Assembly: GCA_965153285.1 (NCBI GenBank)
Contig: OZ229115.1
Length of the DNA stretch: 64,000 nt
Source: Podarcis tiliguerta
Taxonomy: Eukaryota
Strand: one strand, 5' to 3'
The notes beneath the pieces were generated by a model. It saw nothing but the letters and a program-made list of their open reading frames with translations. It was not told where the DNA came from and searched no databases. Below, piece by piece: positions 30,485 to 45,924 of this stretch. The position numbers and the translations under genes are program-made. Each line of letters begins with the position of its first letter. The stretch's first letter is position 1.

Positions 30485-30997
30485 CCGTATCTTTCCATGT
30501 ATCGGATGAGGTTTTTTGACTCAAAATTCACATCAAAAAACTGGGGTCGTCCAATACATGGATAGTGGCATGGGGAGGGGGAGCGGCATGCTGCCAGTCA
30601 GCTCATTGGCGGGACCGCGGCTTACCCCAATGCCGCAGTGAGTGGGGAGCGATCTGGGGGGTGTTTCCTGCCCGCAGCTACATGGGGGGGGGAGCTGCGT
30701 GCCACCAGCCAGCTCATTGGCGGGAATGCAACTAACCCCAATGCTGCTGGGTGCAGGGGGTGCTCCCTGGGTCGTTTCGTGTGCGAGGCGGCATCAGGAG
30801 AGGTTGCGCTTCTGGGAGTGCAACTTCCCCCGATGCTGCTGGGCACGGGAAACCATCTATGGAGTGTTCCTGCCCACAGCTGCGTGGGGGGAGAGGCTCA
30901 ACAACTTTGGGCCATTTCCCCCCATTTCCCTAAAATTGAGTCCCCCAAAATAGGGGGGTCTTATACAAGGGGGCGTCCTATATTCGGAAAAATACGG
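30485..30997. mobile_element. Non-autonomous Tc1/mariner (Tc2-like) element with GC-rich internal duplications
   Basis: TA|CCGTATCTTTCC...GGAAAAATACGG|TA termini; internal repeat CAGCTCATTGGCGGGA present twice. Confidence 0.8.
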
Positions 30998-31308
30998 TAC
31001 TTGATATTTTACATAGCAGGGCATGTTTTTCCAGTGCTAATTCATGCCCAATTCATTTGGCACATGATGCTGGGATCTGTGTCTCCTGGAGCAAAAAAGG
31101 TTTCCCACCCTTGGTGTAAACATAACCCTCAAGAAACCAGATGAGAACAAGTCCTCTGCACTGGGACTAGATCAATTCCTGAGTTAAGAAAGCGTCCCAG
31201 AAAATTAACTTGTTTTGACCACAGATAGAAAAGACAAAAAGAGTTACCTTCTTGACTCCCTTTTTTCTAAGTGGCCTAAAAATAAGAAAAAAACAAAAGT
31301 ATTTGTAC

Positions 31309-31411
31309 CTGTCAGTAGACAAAGAGCTGGCTGGCACTGTTCCCATTGGCCGATGCTGTAGGGCTGGACTCTGCTTGGCAGAGTTTGTTCCTGATGGGGG
31401 ACCACGATGCT
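31309..31411 (-). CDS. MAGI3: MAGI3 linker exon ([24 protein letters not shown]...STD)
   Basis: ttgatcag / GTACAA boundaries, 103 nt, phase 1 to 2. Confidence 0.93.
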
Positions 31412-32352
31412 CTGATCAAGACAGAAGAGAGAGATTAGAAGTACCTTGCACATAATGACACTATTTACAAAAGGAAAAAATATGCCAAATATATTACTTT
31501 TGTGGCTTCTAGTTCTGCTCTGCCTTAATGAAGGCAACCCCCACAGTGGGAGATTGTTGGCGAAGGAAAAACAAGAAGATTGAGGGTAATTATCATTGCA
31601 AATTACCCCCAGGGACAAGGAGAACAGGCTTCACTTGCAGTTCATCTTGGTACCTGGCTCTCGCTCCGGCATGGAATGCAAGGGGCAAGGAGGCACTGAG
31701 TATAAAAGCACTTTGCCTGCCGAAAACCCTCCAATGCTGCCATTAGGAAGCAGAGGTTCTCCTGTTAATTAGAGCTTAATTGGACCAAAGTACAGACATG
31801 TGCTAGAAGGGATGAGATCACAAACTGTGGAACAAACCAACTGCAAGGACTTTAAGGTTTGAACTTGAGATAAGACTTCATTCGGTGCAAAAGACGGTGC
31901 AGGGAGGGAGCCTATGGTTTATTTATTTAAAGTTTTCTTCTCTACATTTATGATTCGGCAACCCTCCTCTGAATGTTAGTCCAAATTATATTTGTACAAG
32001 CGAGGTTGGAAGAAATTGGATTATAAATATAGAATATAACATCAAACGGAACTGTCTCTGTAAAAAAAGGAAAGAGGGAGGAAAGCTCTATTTTGCAGAA
32101 GGTTTATGATGGAAACTTACAGCTGACTCTTCCCCATCCTTTATTATTTACAAAGTGAACTGAATAACACAAAGAAGACTTGGAATTCAATTTAATTGGA
32201 AGTATAATTGCTCATATATCTTCAGTTGGAAGGAAGGATGAAAGGTGTCCGTGAACTGCCAAGGAACTGATAAGGTTCTTTATTGAGTTATCTGCAGTTT
32301 GACAGACCACTCTTCTTCCCAGGCTGAAAAAATGGTGACAAAAGGTTATTTA

Positions 32353-32475
32353 CAGTCATACCTCGAGTTGCGTTTGCTTCACGTTGCGTTTTTTCAGGTT
32401 ACGAACGCGGCAAACCTGTAAATGTTTACTTCCGGATTTGCCGCTTTGTGCATGCGCAGGAGCGATCTGCGCACT
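32353..32475. mobile_element. Truncated Tigger-like MITE
   Basis: TA|CAGTCATACCTC terminus, related to the right end of the 36685-36925 element. Confidence 0.6.
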
Positions 32476-33853
32476 TCCCTACATGAAAACCCCTGGATGG
32501 ATCTGCTTGACTATTGGCAGGCTTAAGGACTCTGGAGGGGCTTGTCTGCAAATTTCAACTACTTATGTGAAAAGGAATAAAATAAGTTGCAGCAGTTCTT
32601 AAAATTCCATATTATATTAAATGGAGACAAAATAGGTTCAGTTTTAACAGATCTGATTTGGACATGGATAATGTATTAAAATGGAACTGCAGAGTGGATC
32701 CAAAGCAGATCAGGCTGCCTCCAAATGCTACAGACACAAGACCAAATTTTGAATCTTAGCAGAATTGTCTGAATAAGGCCTTACTGGTGCCTCTGCCTCC
32801 AACACAGCATACACATTGATTAGATGAGGGGCGGCAAAACCCTCCAAATGTTGTTGGATTCCAACTCCCATCAGCCACAGACAGCATGGCAAATGGCTAG
32901 AGATGATGGGCACTGGAATCCAGCAACATCTGGATTAATTTCCCTGGATTAGATGCTCACAGTAAGCCCAGCCACACTTACAAAAACAAATGCTTTCTGA
33001 AATATAAGGCGCCACTCAGAAAGGAACAAAGCATATACTAACAAAACAATCTCCCTCAGTGAAAAACCTTAAAGAACAGATTTTAGCCCAGTATGAACTG
33101 GTAAATCTTGGAAGAAGCAAAAAGGCTTGGATAACTTTTAGTCTAATGACACTAGGTGTGTCGAGTTAATGCTTTCCCTCCTTTAATGAAAATTCATTCA
33201 CATCTGTAATACCTTGTGGTAAGATTAATGCCCTTAACACTATTCCTTAACACAGATTTCTACATTAGGTTCCATTTTCCCAGCCATGCAAGAAAACCCT
33301 GTAGAGTTCAGCACAGAATTGCTTGGCCTTATTACTATGAAATGCCTTGAATATCCCCCTCCCCTTAAAGACAAATGTCAACATTTTCTCCTGTTTTACA
33401 CTCAAGAGTTTTAATTAATAAGCACAGGTAGGGAAAAGGCCATCTGTCTGTACTCATTCCCCTCTCCACTGCTCATCCTCTTCCGCCTGCATTTCTACTT
33501 TCTACATGACTGGGGCTGACAAGCTTCTGTTTTGAGCAAAATGCTAACATAATGCTTTGTGGAGCATGAAGCACAATTTGTTTTTCTTTAAATTAAAGAG
33601 ACTACGGGAACAAAAAACAGAGAAAGTTAAAAGTTGGCATTTCTAGATGCTAAAAAGAGTTTAATAGTGGGTTTTTAGTTTCTAGTTTAGGATGTTTCAA
33701 CTAATGGAAACAACAGGGAAAAGCAAAGCCAGTAGTAGTTAGTATGCTATGGTGATGCAGGTTCAAAAGCTGCTTTTCTTGCTTTGATTATAGTCCTACT
33801 GATCAGTTAATGGATGGAGGTATAGATCATCCTTATGAAGCAGAACGTAAGAC

Positions 33854-34436
33854 TAGGGTTGCCATATTTCAAGAAGTAAAAATCCAGGTGACCAGCAGCT
33901 AAACAAAAGCTATTTAGCTTTTTTTTGTTTTTTGGAAAATTTTGAGCTTTTTTATTTGTGAGATTGCTAGCAGGGCCACCGCCGTCTGCCTCAGCTGATT
34001 GCGCCAATCCCCCAACAGGGAAGAGGCAGAGGGCCAGCTCCAAGCACTTGCTGGGTTTTAGTAACCCCAGTCCCAGCTCTCGTCCTGAGTCCCTCATTCT
34101 AGCGCTCCCAGCCCTGGCACTACTCACAGACTTTGGGCTCCAGGTGGCCCAAATGTAGCAGGAAGGGGAAGCAGCAGTGGTGGTGGCTTCCTTAGTGGCT
34201 GCTGCCAGCCCAGGCTGGGAAAGAGCCACGCGGGCCTGGTAGTGACGCTGGTAGCATGCGGGCCTCGCACACGTTCACCTCCGGCCAAAGCGAACGCTTC
34301 TGCTTCTGGGGCACAGTTTAAAAATAAAGCTCCCCACAAACCCAGGTATTTCCTATAAAATGCAACCCCTCCCAATGGGGATGTAGGCCCCCCCAAAGAA
34401 GACATGTCTGGGATTTTCAGACATACGGCAAGCCTA
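33854..34436. mobile_element. Old hAT-like non-autonomous element
   Basis: TAGGGTTGCCATA...TACGGCAAGCCTA imperfect TIRs, GC-rich interior, degenerate 8-bp TSD. Confidence 0.6.
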
Positions 34437-36264
34437 CCCTAGACAGTCTACTATGGATGTATTTAAAGAGCTTCTTGCCATTGGTCGTTTTCAGCAATGC
34501 ACTCATTTCCCCGCCCCCAGCATCCCTTACTGTTTGTTTGTACTCACCACCCCACAAAAGCTTGAGTTCACTTTTCTTTTCATTTGGACAAAACTTCTAT
34601 TTTTTGAAAGAAGCCTAATAGCTTCTTCAATTCTGCTCTGTAACCACACTGGCATGAACACTAGCTCCTTCCTCAGTGATATAGTTGTAACCACCAAATA
34701 TTTTGTGATCTGGACGCTTGCACATATTTCAAGTACACCTACCTGAACTCAACTTTATATTAAGCAATTTTCTATAAATCATTCACTTATGTAACCCACA
34801 AGAAAGTATCCTCTGAACCATGTAGATGCCCGACTGCCTAGTCTTTATTTTGCAATCAGCTATTTTTTTCTTCTTTATGTATTCTTGGGTCCTCATTTTA
34901 CCTTCAATTTTATCTGCAAAACTCCAGGGAACAGAAAATTGGGTACATCTCTAAATTTCTGCACTTGGCTCACTTCTCAAGCATTTAGAGAAAATAGCAG
35001 ATTGTGGTGGCAAAGATTCAAACTGAAAGACAAAAGAGACTACCATGAGTTGTTTTAAACTGTTTTTAATGTTGTATTTTAAATTGTAGTAACCTGTCCT
35101 GGGGGCTTTAGGATGAAGGGCAGGAACAATAACAAGAAGAATCTCAATGTCATCTTCACTGAGTAACCGTTCTCTCCCCTTTAATATAGAAAAAATGAAA
35201 TTGGGAGTGGGGGGAAATGTGAAAGCATTTCCTTGAAAATAATGGATGTTGTAAGTATAAAAGCCTTGACAAGTAGATAAGTTATGTCTTTGATATTCTG
35301 TCACAAGTCGTAACATGTGAAATCAGTGGAATCAATATTGTGGCAGGTTGGTTTTAGGTGATTATTATTCAATATTGTAGAAAGCCATCTTTCTGGCAAA
35401 ATATCAATAGCAAGTTTAATTACATGCACAGGCAGTAGTCTGGAAAAAAAGCATACCAGTAAACTGAGCTAGAGAAGAGCTTCTTTTCAAGTGATTAGAT
35501 TTTACATATTTATACTGAGCTGTTTGTGTAGGGAAAATACTATATGGGGACAATGCTACATCAGCAGATGGGATTTCAGAATAATAAAAAGCCATTTTGT
35601 TACTTAGAGGACTAGGTTGTTTTGATGTACAGTATTTTGCATCAGCCTGGCTGGTTTGAAGGGAGAAGTTAGATGTGACAGGAGGAGATTGCCACCCAAT
35701 CCCTGCAAAGTGAGATGGGGAAAAATTAAAAACACAGCCCTATTCTTACCTCATTCTCTACCCCCTCCCCCAAAGTTGGACTCTATGAAGTAGCCTCTGC
35801 TAGAGGGATAAAAGTTACTTGGCGGGGACTGACAGCAGATAGGTGCTTCTTTCCCCCCCTCCTACTTACCCATGTGGTACTTTAAAATCTTCCTTGCCCT
35901 GATTTTCACTCATTTTGTAAGGACTTGGCTAATCTGGGTAAATGAAAATTTTGCCAGATGCAAAGGCAAGTTTCTTTGGTGGGGAAATTTCAAGTGCAAG
36001 CAACCACAACCCATCTAATTTCAAAATGGTGGTGGTGGGGTTAGAGGAGGGCCTTCAATGGAGATAATAAGGTTTGGGAAGACTCATGGGATAGAAAGCT
36101 CCAGGCAATCAGTCTCCAAACTGCTAGATGCTTTTTAGGTAATGGTCAAGTCCTTTGCCCCAAAATGGACTGACAACTAGTATGACCATTTAAGAACTGC
36201 GACATATGCATGCCACAGATGCTACCTGAGTCTACATGTAATACTGGTCTGGGTAGGAGCACAA

Positions 36265-36500
36265 AGTGCAACTCCATCTAAAACAGGTTGATCACCACCT
36301 CCCTGGCCTACACCACCTACAAAAAGCACCTCTGTCTTAGTTGGATTGAGTTGCACTTTGATGACCCTGATCCAGTTCATTGCTGACTCTGGACTATGAT
36401 TCAGTATCTCCACTGTCCCATCCCATTCTGAAGAAAAGGAGAAAGGGAGCTAGGTGTCACCGGTCTGCTAATGACATCTCAATGCAAATCCCCAAAAGAT
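36265..36500 (-). mobile_element. Old L2 RT fragment
   Basis: W.....QLNPTKTEVL...LDGVAL motif in the ORF track. Confidence 0.65.
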
Positions 36501-36684
36501 TTAATTAAGCAGCTTCATGTAGATTTTGAACAGCACTGGGGACAATAAAGAACCCTGCAGGACATGCCACAGGGACCATCAGAAGTTCTTTCATACCACT
36601 TTCTGGAATTGACTGTCCAGATAGGAATGAAACCAGTAGAATACATGACCCTTCAATCCCAAACCCATTCAATTCATTCAGATA

Positions 36685-37279
<595 letters not shown>

Positions 37280-40200
37280 TTACACAAACCACTGCATGAG
37301 CACACAATGCTTAGTCTACAAACCATGAATCTAAAAAGTCTGTACCTTCTGGAAGGATTGGGGTTATAGGCAGTGCTGTATTACCCAAAATACAGATTAA
37401 GCACGTGGTTAGGGAACCAGCAAAGATGGGGCAAAAATGAAAAAGAGAGGGTTAGTTTTGTTGGTGTTGTTTAAATGATATTTGATATTTCAGAAAAAGG
37501 CAGTTTGTGATGAACTCATTGGTCTAATGAGTGAAGAAGTTCATTCAGCTGTTGTGGATGAAAAAAGTACTGCTGGGTAGTTCAATTTATCTGTCGACTC
37601 TACACCTGGTATTTCATCTATTGATCAGTTATACTAAGATATGTCTTTCACACAGATGGAAAACCTTCCCCATGTTAAAGGTTGCTTTTAGAAAGGGGTT
37701 CAAAAGCTTTCTTAGCTGCAACCATGTCGGGCACAGGAAGGGGAATGCATGTAGGGCTGGTTCAAAAGGGCCCAGTTCCAACTGAACCCAGGGGATATCC
37801 ATTGAGTCTTTAATAATTCAAGTCAATTGTTTTAATTCCAAGACCTCATAATAATATTTAAGATGCAACATCTCTGGGCCGCCCCACTCATGGGAGTCTA
37901 TACAGTGCTATGTTTCCCCCTAGATATAAAACTTGAATAAGGCTTGCCATTGAATGAAGCAAGGTTCTCTTTTCTTATTCACTTGTTGGCCAGCTACACA
38001 AAGGGGAGCAAGATTCCCATTGCCGTGTGGTGGAAATAGGGAAACTGCCCATTGAATTTGAAATCTCCTGTCTGGCAACTTTATCTTACTAGATCTTCCC
38101 TTTAACCGCTTAACTATTATTTACTATTCTCCAGTTTTTTGGGGGTGATCTTATTAGCTCTCCAATTATTTTGTAATATATCATCAAGTGATTCTGAGGT
38201 GCCCTCCTGCTCAGCTTATGGGTCTGTGGGGGGAAATTATTAAATCTACATGCATCTGTTTATTTTGCCATTATTCTACTTTTCTGAAACCCTGAAGGTC
38301 TAAAGCAGAAAGAGACTGAATTCTGCCTAGATCCTTGCAGCTGCTCATATTCCCTCTGTGATTAGCTGCTCACACAACACTGCACATATAGGCAGTTTTT
38401 GTTATGATTCCATTCCCAAGATCCCAAGTATCCATCAATTTTTTATGCTTGCTGCTTTTTTCCACACATGTTGTTAGCACCCTGGGTGACATCTTACATA
38501 CCAAGTAAACTAGAATCACTCCAAACCTTGCATGGTAGCTGGAAGTCTGAACTGCTTTGTATAGAACTGATGCTTTATTCTAAACTATGCATCACATGAA
38601 GGAAACAGATGGGACAGAGGTGTGCTGAGCTGTACTTAGCAAAATTACCAAATGGCATTTCAAACTATGACAGTAAATCTCATGCTGTTTCAGAAAGCCA
38701 CCAGCAATTTGAGATTATCTTATTCAGGCTTGTAATTAATGAAATGGCTGTCACAAAGAAGATGGCAGATATGGCTTCAAGTTTTTAACTCTATTTTATG
38801 TCTACCATGTTTTTTTAAATTTCTTCTCAGTTTTAATCTAATTAATGTCATATTGTGGCTATAAATGAAAGAATAATGTGTCAATATAAACATACTACAC
38901 ATTGCAAAATCGCTACTACTGTTAAGACTTTTAACTGAAGGTAACACAGAGTGGGCTAACTTTCAATTGTAAAAAAGTATCAAAGTGCAAATTGTAATGA
39001 AACAAACAATACTTTTAAAGTATTCCACAAACCCTAGGCCTGCTATTATTGTCTTTATGATGCTGGAAAAAAATGTTCATTATCTTCCAGAACTTTCTAC
39101 CAAAGCTCCCCATTTCTCTGCCAAACAATACTTCTTCCATTGGGTCTGGGTTTTGGTTTTTGGTTTTTTTACGGGGGGCACAAGAATGTTTTGCATTATG
39201 CAGCATCAGGATTACACAGAAAAAATGGATTAGTTATCAAAAACAATTTCCTTTCTGATGTGGTCTAAGCACTGATTAGGCAGCATGAAAATAGTATTTC
39301 ATATTTCTAACACAGGGCACATAATCAACTCAACAGCATCAGAGGGTGACAGCTCCAGTTCTAATAGTTTCCATAGCAACTGCCTTTTAAAAAAGAGGAT
39401 GACTCTCCAAGTACTGACCTAGTACCATTGCAATAGCTATTTTTTACACTGCTCCTTGCTACTTCATGAAGTGTACTGTGAGAAAACAGTTTACATACAA
39501 ATCATTCTTAAAAGCATAGTCTCAGACAAAACAATCTGAAAATAACCATTATATTCCTGCCTTTTTTCTGTGCAACTAAGTGGGGAAAGAGTCAACTATG
39601 AAAATAATCCTAAGTGTCTCTTTCCCTCTCCCCCCCCCCTTTCACACACTTTAAAAAATCACTCCATTAACAGCAACCAAAAGAACAGCTATTGAGAAAA
39701 TAACAGAGTAGGATTTATGGTCAATGTACCCAAAAGGAATCCAGAAATGAACATTTTTAACAAAAAAGAAATTGGATGAGTTTAAACAAATCTGCAATTT
39801 CATTATCTGCATTTTGTTTTAATTTTATGAACAAATATTACTAAAACAATATTCTGGGAAATATATCGAATTTTTTGTCGTAGTTATTCATATGAGGTAG
39901 GGAAAATCTGAAGGTCTTCAGGAGAATATAGCTGAGAATTTGTTTTAAAATATATTTTAATGAACATGAAATGAACATTTTATTGTTTTGGTACTAGAAA
40001 AATAAGGTTTCTAAATGTATTTTTGGTTGACATTTGACCAGAAAATGCCAGGCTTACCTATTCTTTTGCCTTTAATAGAAGCTTAATATTAATAAAACAG
40101 GTGAACCTCTTTACATTCACTATACATCAGATCTGATCTGATCAAGTCTAAGCATATCCAACATGTTAAGATATCTACAGTCAGTTTTACTGACAAGAGT

Positions 40201-41630
40201 ATCTTTGTTCAAGTGTCAAGTAAGGATACAAATCCACTATTGCACACATGGGCTCCAGCTTGATTGGTTTTCCTGAGTTAAGTCATATTTGTTTTAAATG
40301 CAACACACTATGCTTTCCCCCCAAAAAAGAAACATTGCAAAAATCTTCCATCTATCTATGTCTGAGGCACAACTAGCTTTCTGAGACTGCATTTAATTTA
40401 CATAGGGTTTTAAGATGGATAACTATAAAAACAGCCAGCAGGCTAAAACAATACTAAGAACAGCAAACTGATTAAACATTTCCAAGTTAAAATGCCATGG
40501 GCCTAAGCAATTAAAATGTTTTCACCTGATAAAGAATATTCATCGGGATTGGTTTTAGGAGGACTGCCCCCAGAGAAGGCATTCCAAAATCAGGTGCCAC
40601 AACAGAAAAGGCCAGATCATTGGTCACCACATGGATTAACTCAGTAAACTGAGATGCAAGAAAAAGAACCTTACCAAATTACCATAAAGAAGGGGGAACT
40701 CCTTGAGATACCTCAGTCCCATGCAACAGGGGCCCTGATAAGCACCTCAAATTAAGCCCAGAAAGACACAAGAAACTAGTACAGCATTTTCTTAAAGCTA
40801 GGAAGATATGCTCTGAATAACCAGGGTCAGACAACAAGGCCAGCTGCTTGTTTTTGTACAAAATGAAGTTTCGGAGATACCTTCAAGGGGTAGCCCCTAA
40901 CGCAACACGAAATAGTCAGTTATGGATATTACCACAGCATAGATGACAACAGTTATACCGTTATTTCTTTCCAGTTGACAGCACTGGTTGTACAAAGACA
41001 ACAAATGTATTACTTCAGAGGAAACAACTCTTAGGCTGTGTATGCTACAGAACAGGGGTTGCCAACATGTTTTGACTCATGGGCCCTTTTACAAACTTGA
41101 GAAACTGCTGAGGGCTTCCTACCCATCCACCCATTGTTTTTAGGTAAGGAAGGAGTGGGAAACCTTCTTCAGCTTGAGGGCCATATTCCCTTTAGGACAA
41201 CCTTCTGGCAGCTGCAGGTCAGTGGTGGGTGGCGTCAGAAGCAAAAGTGAGCAGGACAATGACTGCAAATTACACCTTTGTATGCCACTTTGGCTGCTTC
41301 CCCATCCTCCATTCAGACCTTATCATGGTCCAGGGACACATTACAGGCAAAGCAAAAACAGGCTAGGAATGTGCAATGCAGGGCTGGTGAGAGATGTGGT
41401 CTAGAAAGAGGGGGTGAGTCTGGGGAGGAGATGGGGCATAGAGTCTCAAGGGCCATATAAAAAGGCTTGGAGGGTTGCACTCAGCCGCTAGGCCAGAAGT
41501 TCCCTACTCTTGAGGTAAAGCCTTAAATTATTTGGGGAGTAAATGTTAAATGGTTCAGACAATGGAAAGATGCAACTCCAGCCCAACTCCCTTGATAAGC
41601 AAGGCAGACAACCAATTTTTTAGTACTTAC

Positions 41631-41819
41631 CACCAGGTGGTGGCTTGTTTTTCGAGGTAAGAATCACAAAGCCAAATCCTTCATTCTCCTTCCGTTGCAG
41701 CACAATATCATAGGCTTCTGGGAATTGCTTGGTGTGTAGCTCTACTCGGTTTAGCCTAGGAGAGCCGTTCTGCGAGGAAATGGGAACTTGGGGTGATGAT
41801 TCTTCTTCTAGTTGTTTAT
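41631..41819 (-). CDS. MAGI3: MAGI3 exon (DKQLEEESS...[19 protein letters not shown])
   Basis: TAGTAG tandem acceptor / GTAAGT donor, 189 nt (192 with the upstream AG). Confidence 0.94.
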
Positions 41820-43554
41820 CTACTATTGAATACCACAGAAATAGACAGAGGAATGAATCAGGAATGATGCTCAGTATGTAGCTAGATGTATTAACAACAT
41901 TTACATGCAACCAATAAATTGAAAAGATATGTGCAGAGCAGCTAAAAGCAAAAAATGGATTCAAAAGTGCACCCCAACACATTAATATTTCAGATCATTA
42001 AACAATTAAAGAACACATGCTATGTTACAACTAACAATATAAGCATTAATTATGTGTTTAGAAGTGTTTCTCCATGTTTAAATCAACACCAAACTGTGCT
42101 TGTAAACATACTATAGTAGGCATTGCCCCAGTTTTTAGCACAGAGAATGCCAAGAGGTTATTTTAAACAATTTTTTATTCATTCGGAAAATCATAATCAG
42201 GGCTGATATTGCATAAAGTGCTCTCCAGAAATGTAATCTTTATAAGAACAATGATCTCATGTGCCCCTGAGTCCTGGAAACAAGGGAACTGCCAGCAAAT
42301 TATTGTGCCTTTTGAATGGGTCCCATTCATGAGCAACTTAAGATTTCTTTTAAGTAATCTCACTGAAACAATAAGCACCAGTACTGTAAAGTACATGCAG
42401 CACTGTCAAAATCTAGGCTGGTCATACAGGCTGAGGTTCAAAGACAAAAAGTGCTTTTCTTTGGTCAATCCACTCATACTTTTCAGATGGCCTCCCCACA
42501 TTCTCAGTCAAACTGATCTTCTCATTCTATAAGAGAGGCTGAGAGCAGCTACCAGGTACAATATAAACCTATTTGTTACTTAACACATCTTCATTCTAAA
42601 CAGGAGACAGAGAAGCTGCCTGTCATCTTTCTTTTCCTTCTCTTATTGCTGACTTGTGTCCATAACGGGAATCAAAACATATCATAATATTAATACATTA
42701 ACAGCTTCCAGGTATTCAGAGTTGGGAGGGCAGGAATCAGCAAGATGCTGCTGAAAACCCAACTTTTGCATAATGCTGGAGGAAGGACTGGCCCATGACG
42801 ATGGACAACATGAGCTGATCCTGCTAACCATACCACTCCCAATCTCCAATGACTTCTAGTTGTGAATTCAGTGGGAGCTCAGCCTTCTGTTTCTGTTCTA
42901 AGCCATGACCCTCATCCAGAGCCATAATACCAGTTGCAACAACATAACAGTAACTGCCACCATCACCACCAGTAAGAAAAAAAATACCGTTGCCATACAG
43001 AAGGCAACCGTCCACATGGCAAATTGCTGGCATTCCTAGCCACCTCCATCAACTGGATTTCTTTTTTTTAAAAAAAAGATTTGAATGCATATACATTGCA
43101 TATAACAATATTCAGCAATACTTCTAATGTACCAGATACAAGAATGGCTGGGTAGGCAAAGAAATAAGTGAGCTTCTCATGGGAGGTCTTTTTAAAAAAA
43201 CAGGCTGGAAGCTGACTAGAGGAATGCAATTCCCACTCGGGCTAGTTCAGCAAGCCCTACTACCAGTCTCTTAAATGATGTGAAGCTTTCCCAAAAGCGA
43301 ATCAATATTAAATATATCATATTTCTATACTGAAAGCTAATGTGGGACTACTTAAAAAAACCCTGAGTATGAATTTCTTTAAAACCTCAATTGTGGTATT
43401 AATTCTGAAGCATTAAGAATCTATTAGTATCTTACATCGATACATGGTCGTTTTTACTTCATCACTTTGATTTCTTTCTCATAAATTACATAAAATTGAT
43501 TATAAGAAGAGTGGATCATCCCTGTAAGAGACATGGAAACACACTTTGGTACTA

Positions 43555-43812
<258 letters not shown>

Positions 43813-45924
43813 CTAGCAGCAAAGCAGAATAGTTATGCAGGATAAGGAATGCACATACATCACAATGTTTAATTGTTCTGGGTTCACCCCAAAATCCCAT
43901 GTTCCCACAACACTTAAGGGTGAATGCGTGTGTAATCAGTTTTAACAAAAACGAAAGCACCAGAAAAAGTAACATCTGTATCTCGCATTGCAAAACTATG
44001 TCCTCTATGGCTGCCTTGAAGCACAGAAGCATCAGCTGGTGCAAAATGCAACAACCTACTTTCTGTCTGGGATGTGTCACTCTAAGCACATTACACTAGT
44101 GCATTAGAGTCTTAGATAATGTAAGAATGAACTATCAAGACCTCAGCCTAGAATACCCATTCAATTTTACAATCTATGTACCATCAAGACTTCAAGAACA
44201 CGTAGAGATGTTCACAGTTGCTGCATCTCCATTATGGAATACCTTTTCCCTGAAAAGACTGAGTCTTGAAGCTTTCAGAAACTGTTAACGTGCTTTAAGC
44301 TAAGTTAGCTTAGATAGTGGCTATGGATAGGGAAAGACATGGTGGTCCAGTCGCTACAATTGGGAGTACTACAGTTTTAACTCAGTTATCTACGCTTAAT
44401 CCCATGGGATGTGGCAGAGTATGTCAAACTAAAAACAAACAAACTTGATCAATGGAAATTTTGATTCACAGCTCTGCTTACTTGCCTTTATCACCACTTA
44501 CAACCCTAGAAATGACAGGATGAAACATTGTAGTCACCCTTTCTGATGCAGAAGGGTCTTTTTATACTGAAGAAGGATCATGTGGGGTGTTCTGTGGGAG
44601 CATTATGGATTTTCTAGCTTCCCTTTCCCACTGCAGCCCCTTACACCCAATGCAAAACTGTTCCTGAGCATCAGGAGACCTTCCAGACCAGTGTCTAATG
44701 CAACGTGGAGGACATGCATTCAGAAAACAAACAACCCCAACTCCTCCCACACAAACGCACTGAAGTTATTTCTGCTCACGTACTGGGCTCTATGGATCCC
44801 GGCCCTAATGTAGGAAGCAGCCCAACAATAAGCACGTTTGGGTGTTCCCATGCAGAACAAGAGCAGGGGTGTCCAACTAGAGGAAACAAGGAATGCTTCA
44901 GAATTTGTCAAATAAAAAGGGCCAAGCCTGGTAAAGTTTAGCTAAAGCATACAGATGATGTCCTTCCACTCAGCATTTCCCTGCTCCAGCTCCACTGGTT
45001 GCCACTTGTGAGGAAAGGGGCAGTGTGAAACATAATGACTTCACTACAAGTATATGCATAAATTCAACTTTACTGGGAGATGTGGATTGCCAACAAACAG
45101 GCCTTTAAATGAATCATGCAATTTGGCCCTTCAAGACTTCACATGCCATCTGAAATTTAAACCCATCACATTTTCAGTGTAGCTGTTAGTTGTATTGGTA
45201 CTGTAATCTAATCAAGACACAGCTTTTGCAATGATAATTTTTAAATATATATTTTCAAAGAAAATTGGCTTTTGCAGATAAATAAACAACATGCTAATCG
45301 TTAAATATATTATGTACTTATTGGCAGTTGTCTGCCTGGATAAATTATTTTCGCCTTATTCAAATTTGACCTTAGCATGTCTGTTCATATTGTCTCTCAT
45401 CTATTGCTAAAGTTGATAAATATTGCCTCTGTGAGGACTGCATTGTTTTCTCAATTTCACTGTTAAGTTTTACTTTAAAAGCTATCTTCTGCTTTGTGAT
45501 TGGTAAATGATAAAACTCCTTCCAGAAGTCTTTTACACAGAGTGGTATAGATACCCTTCTTCCGATTGCTTCGATAAAAAATGTGTGCAAGACTTTAGGG
45601 CCTGGAAATTTGATGGCTATCATATGGAGAAAGCCAATAATTCTCACCTCAAATCATCTTCAGAGGTTTAATGAGTTCCCTATCAACGAATCAAGCCATA
45701 GGTAAAAGTATTTCTTTTTAAATTTTAGCCACTGATTATCAGAACTTCTGTAAAAATTCTGTTCAAGCACAGTTACACTAACATGAAAAAGAGCAAACTA
45801 TTCTATCAGTGGCATAAACAAATTGCAACTGAGAAACTAATAAATTAGTTACTTTATAACTGTGGATTAGTGAAGACAATATTAAGGACAAATAGGATTT
45901 ACAACAGCTAATGTCTTTACTCAC

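Noticed and set aside
29953-30531. 192-aa minus-strand ORF in a MAGI3 intron
   Set aside because: Low-complexity Ser/Phe/Pro composition from a pyrimidine-rich tract; starts inside a transposon end; no domain or compatible splice sites recognised.
30622-31144. Cluster of overlapping ORFs (up to 168 aa)
   Set aside because: GC-rich interior of a non-autonomous transposon, where stops are rare; no transposase motifs.
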